From Psammoneis japonica (Eukaryota), in assembly GCA_008632985.1 (NCBI GenBank), contig QPGO01000014.1, positions 434,001 through 498,000 of the forward strand: DNA of 64,000 nt, in the 5' to 3' direction. The notes under the pieces are model-generated. The model searched no databases. It saw only the letters and a list, made by a program, of their open reading frames with translations, and was not told where the DNA came from. Each line of letters starts with the position of its first letter. The stretch's first letter is position 1. The translations under genes were made by a program, and so were the position numbers. Shown piece after piece: positions 50,561-61,094 of this stretch.

Positions 50561-52481
50561 GATGCCAAAAGAGGCTGATGGTCTGTGCCCTTGTTTCCTC
50601 ACAGAGACTCTCTCCTGAAGCCACATGGACAGTGTGCCAGACACTGCCTTGTGCAGGTGCTGCATCTCAGCACAGCTCCAAGGCATGCAGTTTGAATCCA
50701 AGAAAATTTCCAATGATGTCACACAATGATCTGCAGCAGATGCCAAACTGTTTCCATCAAGTTTCTTCCAAATTTCTCCTGATGTCAAATGCAAGGCCAC
50801 AGGAGGGGGGGGGGTGCTGAGAAGCTCTGAAAATGGCGTCTTGGTGTGGGTTGTGGTTGGCATCAGCACAGAAGTTTGCACACATTTTTGGGGCTTGTTG
50901 CTGGGTGCTCGCAGCTGACTTGCTCCTGCTGCAGCCAGTTGAGGCTGCTGCGGCTCTGCTCCTGCAGAGGCAGAGCTGGTTGTTGCAGCACCAGGAGAGC
51001 CCAGGCCCTCTGATGGCATTGTTGGTGTTGGCATTTGACATTTGCCCAAAATCCAACTGGAGATCTTCAACAAACACTCAACATGCGAGCAACAACAGCA
51101 GCAGAAGGCACCTGACATTGAACTGTCAACATTGAAGACTGTGTCAAAAATGGCTTGCTGTCACTGTTCTCTAAAAAATGCTGAGAGAAGTGAGACAAAG
51201 GCAGACAACAGCCATCGTTGCTTCACACCCAAATTCCAGCACTTTTGACAGATCTTAGAATCTCTCTCTGCGTGCACTGGTGCTGCACCCACCAACAATT
51301 TTGATTTTTGCATGAAGTGCAAAAACATGAAAATCTGCCATGGGCTGTTTTGCATGGAAGACAGCCAGATGAAGTGGTGTGCACAAAAGATGTTCCTGCC
51401 AAAGCTGTGCTGAACATTTGGTGACTGCTGCTGCCCTCCCAAAATATTTTAAGGAAGCAGTCACACACACATGTGATGTGCTCTTTGCATGCAAAAGACA
51501 CATTCTCCAAATGCTGGCATGCCGAGACAGTCTGCTTGTTGAGCTGTGCAGGATCCCTTCCTTTCTGCACATTTTTGTCAAATTGGCATTGCCACAAATT
51601 CCCTGCCTTGGGCAACAATGTGCTGGATGTGACCTGCCAAGTGGCAGCCTCAAAAGCTGTCTTCCTGGCCAGGCATTCCATCATGAAGGCTTGTGGGCAT
51701 TGCTCATGACAGCACAAGGTTGGAGCTGATGATGACTGGGTGGGCTGCTGAACTCACCTGGATGAATGAGCCATCAGCACAACAGCACATTTCTCAGCAG
51801 CTCTCATGAAACAATGGTGACACCTGCTTTGTGACGCTTCAAATGAAACTCTGGTGCTGCCATGGCTTGAGAGCCTTGTCAGTGCTGCTGCAACAACTCC
51901 AAAGCCAACAAGGCACAGAAGTGATGCCACCACCTGCTGGAACATTGACAAAATCGGGTGCCAAGTTGCACCTCCATGTCTGGCACCAAAGTGCAGCAGA
52001 TTCAACTGGAGCGGCAGCTGCAGAAGGCAGAAGCCCCGTTCCTGGTCAGACATTCCATGACAAAAGCGTGCGAGTGTCGCCATGCCATGAAAATGTCAAA
52101 GCTTGCATGTTGCAGCAGTGAACCCTCACCTGAAACATCAAGCCAATTGACCATCACTCGAAACTGATCATGGCATCAGGCTCCCCGATTCAATCAGTGG
52201 CAACAGCTTGATCCTAACAAAAAATGGACAAGATCATGTGGCTGCCATTGACCTTGAAGACTGGTCCCACGTTGAGGAGACTAGACAAGTTTATTCTTTA
52301 TTCGGAATGTTTACATCAATTTTGTATATCTGGAGCACAAAGACAAAGCAGAAAGGTATGATGTTGGGTTCTCGATGATGGCAGGGTCCAAGCATCTCCA
52401 CTTGCATGCACCTCGGATCAACTTCTCGAGGGATGCACGTAGAGCAATTATAAAGCATCGCTCACGCACGTTGCTTCAAAG

Positions 52482-53173
52482 TCAAGCAAAAGTCTTTCCC
52501 AGTCTTGCAACTAGAAGCACTACAAATAAGCCACTGTCAAATAGCGAGTGATCTTTTGGGAGACGAACTCGTACAGCAAAACTGAGAGCCGGTAGAAGAA
52601 ACAAATCTCTCGGTATGCTCCTGCAAGCTGGGCACAACAACGCCATGGCTGCAGCACGGCTTTGAGGCTTTACGAGCAGTTCCATGGGATGTTACATTTG
52701 CTCAAGTTCCTGTTTGTAAAGCCTTGCCTTTTCAATTTGCTCACCCGCCATGTCCCCAAGCATAGCTATTGCATTATCGCGTGAAAGTGACTCCGATTCA
52801 TTGATTGAAAATTCCCCACGACTCCCAGCGAGCTTGCCGATCCAGTATAGTGTTTGGGGATTTCCTGAATCATGCAGATAGGCTTGCCGAAAGGCGGTTT
52901 CTTTATCAACTTCGCAAGCATCACCGTCAATGTTTATTCGATTTCATAGGGGACGCCATAGTTTAAGTGGATGCCAAGTTTGCAGTATGCAGCGCCGACG
53001 TTTGCGTTTTTACCGCCATCCGATTGGGTTTCGATGATTCGTGAAAGCAGTTCTATGGCATCATAATCAACGCCGTCGTGCATTAGAAATGTGTCATTGG
53101 AATTTTCCAGCTCATTATAAAGGTCCCAGAGTTTTTCGACGCTTGGTTCAGCTGGTGTGTTTGCCATACCCAT
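52482..53173 (-). pseudogene. Broken gene remnant whose 3' part is paralogous to 41646-41927
   Basis: Short ORFs with stops and frameshifts. DNA at 52358-52651 is similar to 41646-41927. Confidence 0.4.
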
Positions 53174-53527
53174 TGCTTTAGTTAGAGTGGGTAGTTGATG
53201 CGTGCGAGCGGAATGTTATTTCGATAAAGTATGAGGAGTCGTGCTTCCTGAGGGCGCCGCGATAGTCCTTCTCGCTTTGATGGTACGCGTGACCGTACCT
53301 TTTACGAGATACAATTTCCAGACGTGCATCATTTCAATCTGCATAGAGAGTTACTCCATATCAATATCCGTAAAATAGATACACATAAAACAATACCTTA
53401 CAACAACTTGCAAAGAGCTACTCGAAAGATCCATCCAGTAATAAGCACCGAGAGAGGCAATCGCACACGCAGCTCTAACTTCCCTAATTCTTCATCCCCA
53501 ACAAGTATCATCCCCAAGCACATCACT

Positions 53528-54414
53528 TTAGATTTCCACCGTCTCTACATCCTTGGATGCAGCTTCCTCTTCCTTGCCTTCTTCCGTCTTGGTCTCTTCA
53601 GTTTCCGTCTTGGTCTCCTCAGCCGCTTCAGCGGTGCCAGCCTCTTCCGTCTTGGTCTCCTCTGCAGCAGCCTCGCCACCACCGCCCGCGGCCAATTCCT
53701 TCTTCTGCCTCGCAGCCGCGGCACGCTCCCGGCGTTTGCGGTTCTTGGCTTCGAGCTCTTCAGGCGTAAGCTTTTGGTACCGTTCCCGTTCCAACCTGGC
53801 CCGACGAGCATTGCGCTCCTTGGCCGCATCGGCATCGAGCGAATGGTACCTTGCACGCTCCCGCTCTCTCCTCTTGAGGCGAGACTTTTCCGATTGACGG
53901 TGGTACTGCTCACGGCGCTTCTGATTGTAAATCTCACGCTGTTCCGGCGTCATGTTGGCATAACGCTGACGGTCCTTTTGACGACGAGCTGCCAAGAGCG
54001 CTTCGTGAGACGTGTTGGGCTTTTTCGCAGACGGCTGCTTGTCACCTCCTTCGGCACTGCGTTCACGGTATCGCTTGCGGCGTTGCTCATTCTTGCGAGC
54101 ATTCGAGTCGTCAGCTCCGGCACTCAAGCTGCTTCGGTGGCATTCACCACGGCTGCGACATCCACATCGACATCACCCGCTGCGGCGGCGGCAGCCGCCA
54201 CGGCGGCTTCTGTCATGAGCACACTTGGATCGGGCTCGTCTTCATCGTCTGCTTCTTTCGTGGCTACTGCAGCTTCTTCTTCTGCCGGTGCAGCTTCTTC
54301 AGCTGCTTCTACAGCAGCAGCTTCTTCAGTCGCTTCTTCGGTCGTTATTTCTTCTTCCTTTGTTGGCCCGTCCTCCTCAGCAGCGGGGGTTTGTTCTTCG
54401 TCAGGTTTGGTCAT
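53528..54414 (-). CDS. Acidic/Ala-rich + Arg-rich repeat hypothetical protein; 1-bp deletion near 54126
   Basis: MTKPDEEQ... joins SAGADD... via GCT[T]TG. Repeated RxRY....PE motifs. Confidence 0.75.
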
Positions 54415-55994
54415 GATGATTGGGGTGTCTTGCTTGCGTACTTCGTCTTGCGTTCTCCAACACACACCAGCGTCTGTTTTGATGCCGCTGTAGTATCGTC
54501 TGTTGTCGCTGTTTGTTTTGCGGTTTGTTCGTGTTGCGTGTGCTTCGTCTGTCGGTCCCGTGCTTTTTGCATGCGTTGGATCGCTGAAAATAAAGTACAG
54601 TAGTTGATACGTAGCGTCTGGTACAAATTATACACGGGATGAGAGTTCACGTGCGTGAAACCGGGTCTGGTTTGAATCGAAAAACGAGCGAGCCGCGTGT
54701 TTATGACGTCATCTCAGAAAGGACTGCGGCCGGCTTGGATTTTTCGATTTGGATTGCCGATTTTGAATTTTCAAACCACTCAGGGGAACTGGGTGCCGGT
54801 GGCAACAACAACTGACAACAACTACAGAAGTATCTAGGCAAAGGCACGCACAAGTCGCTTCTGACAAGAGAGTGAGATTCCACGTCATAGCACATCAAAA
54901 AGACGAGAGGCACTCGCTAGGATTTTCAAAAGAAAACCCAGTTTTCCGAGACAACTCTCTGCAAAAGTGTGACGCAATACGGTACCGTACCCTCTCCTTT
55001 TATCTCGTTTTATCAACGATAAATCGAGATGAAAATATGAAGGAGTCTTGTCTGTTTTGTTAGTGCCTGGTATGAAGCACGCGTATAAAGGTTGAAGTGT
55101 TTTTTACTTTTGACGAAGATTACCTTATCCAAATATAGTTTTGGATTCAACATCTTTTTGTTTTAAATGCAGGTTATACAGGCAATGGCAATCAAGAAGG
55201 GGGGACGAGGTTCAGTTGTATGGATAGCTTTGTGTGCCCACGCATTTTGGCTGGACGTGCCGTACATCCTCGCCACTATGAGAGAAATCTGAGCTATCGA
55301 ATCTTTGCTCTTTCTCTAGGGGTATTACGTCTAAGAATCTGCGACTGCACTGAGGCAAGACTTGGGGAGACACGCAAAGGCATACGGCTTGGAAAGAAAG
55401 CGAGTTGTTTTGTATGACACATGCAAGCACAATGCATTGTCGTTGGGTGGACCGAAACTGTGTACTAGTGTAGTTGAGATTGGCCAGCTCCGACATGCAT
55501 TTTCGTTTGTGCCATATAAGAGCATGTCGGTGTCATCCTTTTGCAAGTTCCACTTCTTTAATCGTGGCCAACCTTTCTTTCTCAAAACGCCCGAGAATGA
55601 GTGGAACGTGAACGTCCAGACAATTTCTCTTGAACTTCATTCTGATATCCAATTCCTTGATCAAATCAAGGCCCCTGCACATTAAAGCAGGTTTCCGTAT
55701 TTCCTGTTTTTGTTTTGATTTCGAATTGGTTTTGATTTCGAATTGGTTAGACATCGTTAGCTTTCCGTCATTTAAAGCGAAAATAATCGCACCTCATACT
55801 TCGAAGTTCCGGCGTACTGTATCATAGGGTTCCATACTTTGTAAACCACGGTGTGACTGGGCTCCTTTTTCTTCCTTTCTTTCCGTATCATGCATGCAAG
55901 ATCCATTCTCAACCCAGACGACAAGGGTGAACGAGCCACAAACACACATCGCAAGGCCCATGGAAAGCCAGCATAAGTCACCGCCCGGTCTAAA

Positions 55995-57314
55995 TCAATC
56001 TTGCGCGTTGCCATCCCAGCGAGCCGTCGCTTCATACTCAATTCCCATTACGGTTGCAAATGGAAATTGTTCGTCCACTTGATGATTCCAAGTTTCTCTC
56101 GAAGAAATGAGACGCCACGGCGTATCTTGCAAAAAACTTGGTAGTTTCAGCGGATCAATCCCCACTTGAATGGCTCTCCAAACAATTTGACCTTGTACTT
56201 CATGAAGGATCCAACAAGAGGAGAAACCTTTTTCGTGTTGCGATTCATGGGTCGCATACACTCATCGAGATGAAAAAAGTCAAACGCGAGGATGGAGCCG
56301 TCGCATCCCGCCAACTCTCCGAGTTGTTGAATCAAATCTTTGTTTTGTCGTTGCGTCAGATAAAAGGAGAGTCCCTCCATGACTATAGCCGTTGGCGTCT
56401 TGGGCACAAAGCACGGAGGAGAATTGGAGACGCTTGCTTTCCTCAACCCAAAGCAGCCACGTCCGCAACAGGTTTCTCTAGTAGCGCTTTTCGTACAGTT
56501 ACCTCTTCTCCCACCGCTACATGGCAAAAGTTTAATAGAGGTGGTAGTGTTGTACCTGAAAAAGGACAGAATTCGGATTGTATCGGTTTCGTATTGTTCA
56601 CCGTATCCATGTTGTTGGCCCTGCGCTTCTTTAACAAATTTTCAAGTGCTTTCAATTTGGCCTTGCCCGTGGCTGGATGATCTAGCTCTACAAAGTTTAC
56701 ATGGGGATACTCTGTCGCCAACCTCCAGGCCAGAGTGTCGTATCCTGCTGCGACAATGAGGACTTGTGGTCTATCATCATTTTCCTTTTGTGCCTCCAAA
56801 AAGGTTCGCACTTGTCGTTCCATGTACAGTTTGCGATGCCATACTCCGTTAAAGGCCTGCGACTTGCCCAAACACCACATCCAGAACTTCAAAAATAATC
56901 TTGTACATACTTCATGACAGAGAATCATTCGAAGGAGGAGCCACAGCGGCAGTGGCATGTCTCTCCAAGAAATGTTGCGCATAAGTTCCGCTTGCAGCTG
57001 GGAGAGTTTGTTGTTGTTTTCATGCCAATTCAGTGCATTCACCATGCCAACCGTGGCAGCGGTTAAACTAGCTTGTGACTCTCTCATCGTGTCACAGTAG
57101 TGTGGCTCAGTGTCGTCTGCTCACCTTTTCTCGTCTGGATGGACCGGCTGCGGTGCTCTGGGTGCTGGTAGGTAGGTTGTCCAACAGTCTCGTCATAGTG
57201 GCTTCTGTTGCGCGCAGTCCAGTCTGCGCGAGCGGAATGCTTCTGGTTACAGGAGGTCCGTCCGTCACCCGACTCTAACTCCTCCTCCTCAATGGGTTCC
57301 TTTGATACGACCAT
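55995..57314 (-). CDS. Leucine-carboxyl-methyltransferase-like class I SAM methyltransferase; several frame breaks; 5' structure uncertain
   Basis: QVLIVAAGYDTLAWRL...FVELDHPAT, IVMEGLSFYLT, LAFDF, GEPFKWG. Confidence 0.75.
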
Positions 57315-57789
57315 GTTTGACAATCAGTGGGAACGAATGCAATGCGTGTATTTCCTATAATAATAGAAGAAAAGAGAGGATTGATTCTGAAGTGTGCTTT
57401 GCCAAAGAGTTGCAAGACCCGCCTCCGCCGCAGCAACGATCGCGCGACCGCCCTTTAGAGTGTGGATCAGCTCTAGCCTGCTAGTATTTTACATCTGTTT
57501 GGAACACCTCCAATCGAGACAGTCAAAATCAATTGAGAATGATTCACCGGGGGTCATAGAGTGGCCAAGACTCAATGGTGAAGTGCAGAGTAGCATCTTA
57601 TTCTTAGGTTTTTCGGAGTAGAAAAAAGTAATTTTCAAAACATTGTTGGCATGTGTCATCTTCTCTTTTTCATCTCTTTGGACCAACACGCGATGGTATC
57701 GTACAGGATCGATTCATTGGAGACCAAAGAAGAGAGTCGCTTCGGAGCGATTGTGCCCATCGCAAAGGGGTGTGGACGTCTTGTATTTC

Positions 57790-58314
57790 TCAATTCCGCA
57801 CCATGCACACAAGATCATTTCCCAACACGGTTGATAAGAGCGAACCAGCCGCAAACTCAAATCGTAACGGAGGAGGCAAATCCTCGGATTGAACCATTTG
57901 AAATCCGTGTTTTTCATAAAAGGGCATTGTGGGTTTCAGAGTCAAGAGGCACACAACATGCGGATCGTTTTCACTGTCATGTCGCTTTAGCAACTCCTCA
58001 ACAAGCTCGGTTCCTATCCCTTTGTTGCGATATTCCGGAAGCACGTAAAGTGATGCAAGTTCGGCAAAGGTATCGTCTAGAGGGCGAATCTGGCCGAATC
58101 CCAACAATTCATCATTTTCGTCATCATCATCACAAGCCACCAAGAGTGTCCTTTCCGAAATGGATAAGGGGTTCATCTTTTCTTTCAGCAAAGTCTTGCG
58201 CGCCACAGAAACATCACTGAGCGTAGCTTGACGAATTTCCACGGAAAAGGCCGAGACGCATCTTGTTGTCAAGCACACCGCGACAATGAAACACCTGGTG
58301 AGGCTGGAGTTCAT
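57790..58314 (-). CDS. GNAT N-acetyltransferase, probably plastid-targeted
   Basis: Signal peptide ending VSA-F; ELASLYVLPEYRNKGIGTELV; FYEKHGF. Confidence 0.88.
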   Translation of the reverse strand: MNSSLTRCFIVAVCLTTRCVSAFSVEIRQATLSDVSVARKTLLKEKMNPLSISERTLLVACDDDDENDELLGFGQIRPLDDTFAELASLYVLPEYRNKGIGTELVEELLKRHDSENDPHVVCLLTLKPTMPFYEKHGFQMVQSEDLPPPLRFEFAAGSLLSTVLGNDLVCMVRN

Positions 58315-58504
58315 TATTTTGTTGTTCTCGAGAACTCTAACACGCCGCACTTTCTTGCAACTCTGAGTATGATTGCATATACCGTATTTTCACAGCCCTG
58401 GTAAATGCCACTAAGCGAGGATGCAAAATAGCGGCGAAAAACAAACTAGCTAGAGGAAATACTTCTTGACCAACCTGAAACGATGTCAAAAAAAGATTCT
58501 GTCC

Positions 58505-60264
58505 CACTCTCCATCGTGAGTCTATGCGTCGACCGTTCTTCGCGCGCGCGCTCTCACGCACCCGAAGAGGTCTCCTCATAGACTCTCGCGGAAGTAAGAC
58601 GGACGATGTACCAGGGTCGTATGTAGGCCGTTTGTTACGGTGCCGTTTTTCCGGACATGCCGCAAGCGCATCGTCTCATTGCTGTTATCGGCATGAACGA
58701 CTCCCAAGGCTATCTAGCACTGTAGAATGAATCTTTCACAGTGTTGGGACGTTTCGAGCACACCATGACAAAGCCCCACAGTTGCATGACTGCCACATGG
58801 CTCCTCACTCCATCATCCACAATCGGGTGTGTTGACCCTTTTCTCTCGGCTCGATCGTGCTAGCCACACATCGAACCACGACCTGTGAACTATCACGCCA
58901 GGTCATTGAGCTGGCAGTCGTCCACCAGCAGTTGCCACAGGAGGCTGAAAAGAGAAGGGAGGATGCAAGAAGTGAGAACATCCGTGACACAGGATTCAAG
59001 AGAGGCAACAAAGTTGGAAACATCAACGCAAAAAATGGAAATGTTCTCACCGGCAATTAACGCCAAGGAAGAGACACGACAGCACCACTGAGCACCGAGA
59101 GGTGCGCCAAAGAATGCCACTGAATCCCCACCAAGCCCATCAATCAGCCTGTGTTTTCGATCCATGCTGCATCACAAAGCAGGAGATCTTGCCAGAGGCG
59201 AAAACAAAAACTGCAATTGTTGAGTCACAGAAGCAAGTTGTGAGCAAAATCACAACACCAACTTGCCAATTGACCTTTGTGCACATTCTTTTGTGTCTCT
59301 GTGCATGTGCTTGTTGCTGCAACGGCATTTGTCTCACGCCATTGCCAGAGGCATTCACACCATCGTGAACTGATGAAATCCTGCGTGAAGTGCAAGCCCC
59401 ATTGAGTGAGTTTGAATGCCAACAATTAACAACATTGTCACATGAGCTTACCTCCTTGACTCAGTGTCACCAAATGAGCACAGCCAACACACTCAAATCC
59501 ACCCAAGCGGTGAGAAATCGACACAACCGTGCAAAAATCTCCAAAAATGTCACAAAACAGCGACGCCCAACCAAAAATGAGACCCCAGACTGTCTTTGCC
59601 TCGAATCTCAGAACTGTGGTCAAACCACACCTCATGCAGACACCAGTGAACAACACCAAGGCATTGCATGGACTGAGAACCTGCGTGACAACGAGGGAGA
59701 GCCCAGTCCGTGAGCGAGCACATTTCTGGCAAAAAATGCAAAGCCATTTGTTGCGAATGACAGAAACAATGGTTGTGCCCCAAGAAAGACAATGCCATTG
59801 CAAGGCAATGATGAAAATGCGCGTGAGTTTCCATGTCATAACTTGCAGGGCGCAACGGAGCGGAGCATGCGACGACAATCAACAACACATGTCAGCACCC
59901 ACCGAAAAAGTGACGATTTTGCACTTGGTCAGTCTCGGGGATAAATCAATCAAATGTTTGCCAATTTTCTCCATTCTGGCACCATGGTGCGCTTCAACAG
60001 CGAGTGTCTGAACAACCACTGAGCGGTGCAAGGCATGGCGGTCGATGCGCCGATGAAATCAATCATCGTCGGAACGGCACATTTTCTGGTGTGTTTTGTG
60101 CAGAAAGCTCTGCAGAGCGTTTCGCCAAATCCAGGGAGGCATGGCAACAAATTTTGAGCCACTGTCCGTCTTGCTTCCGCGAGAGTCTATGAGGAGACCT
60201 TTTCGGGTGCGTGCGAGCAGCGCCCGCGAAGAACGGTCGACGCATGGACTCATGATGGAGAGTG
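58505..60264. mobile_element. Non-autonomous TIR DNA transposon, Mutator-like (1760 bp)
   Basis: ~105-bp TIRs (CACTCTCCATC...) and a 9-bp TSD ATTCTGTCC at 58496-58504 and 60265-60273. No intact transposase ORF. Confidence 0.9.
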
Positions 60265-60354
60265 ATTCTGTCCATTCATCGCCCTCTTTTGCGGACATTG
60301 AATGTGGTTTGTTGTGCTTCAAAGTCGCCAAATAATTGAATGAAAATGCTGATA

Positions 60355-60863
60355 AGGACTGAGGCGAGCGCGCGGCTACACGAAGTTGTCAGTCCCGCCC
60401 ACTCGTGACTCAGTACATTTCTACGGTGAAAATTGCGTGGGAATCCGAAGATGACAAAAACGGTCAGATAACTTCCGCTAACTACAATATGAACTGCACC
60501 TAATGTACATTCCATGTTCTTTTATACATGAATTAACACCTTTAAGCGTTAGATGCAGTTACTTTGATGAATTTCGCCAAAATAACGCTAAGCACTGCAT
60601 TGCGTGCAAATCCACGGCACTCCGTACGATTCGTGTTTTGTTTCGGATAACTTCCAATTCGTCAAAGTAACTGCATGTAACGCCTAAAATAGTTAATTCA
60701 AGTATTAACGAACAAAGAATGTACATTAGGTGCAGTTCATATTGTAGTTAGCGGAAGTTATCTGACCGTTTTTGTCATCTTCGGATTCCTACGCAAAAAA
60801 TTTACTGAGTCACGAGTGGGCGGGACTGACAACTTCGTGTAGCCGCGCGCTCGCCTCAGTCCT
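60355..60863. mobile_element. Foldback MITE (509 bp) with ~210-bp inverted arms, flanked by TA (Tc1/mariner-type TSD)
   Basis: AGGACTGAGGCGAGCGCGCGGCTACACG... at 60355 with its reverse complement ending at 60863. Arms ~60355-60573 and ~60656-60863. Confidence 0.88.
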
Positions 60864-61094
60864 TAGATGCGATGATCTTATGAATTTCTGTATCGGAATC
60901 AATATTGAATGTATCATATCTACGCTCGCGCGAGACACCAAGAAAAGAGGGCTTATAAAAAAATTGTAATTGTGACCCTGACCTTGTAAAACGTTTCGAG
61001 AGACGATGTCTCTCAATAGTCATTGTTATTCAACCTGCCATCCACAAAATTGCCCGCCGGCATTCTCATTTCAATCGAAGCACATACAAGGACG

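Larger units (their letters stand above)
42130..52280. mobile_element. TpA/CpG-depleted nested TE and gene-fragment graveyard (tract D)
   Basis: Contains LINE remnants, an XPG-like ORF and a chlP fragment. Positions 50401-50836 contain no TA and no CG. Confidence 0.85.

Noticed and set aside
42408..52333. Direct repeats at the ends of tract D as LTRs of one retroelement
   Set aside because: No TG...CA termini, PBS/PPT or gag-pol remnants were recognised, and the interior is a mosaic of unrelated fragments.
53324..54493. 389-aa plus-strand ORF
   Set aside because: Antisense shadow of the low-complexity minus-strand gene at 53528-54414.
55212..55754. Short minus-strand ORFs downstream of the methyltransferase
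   Set aside because: No recognisable motif; may be a broken gene but cannot be supported.
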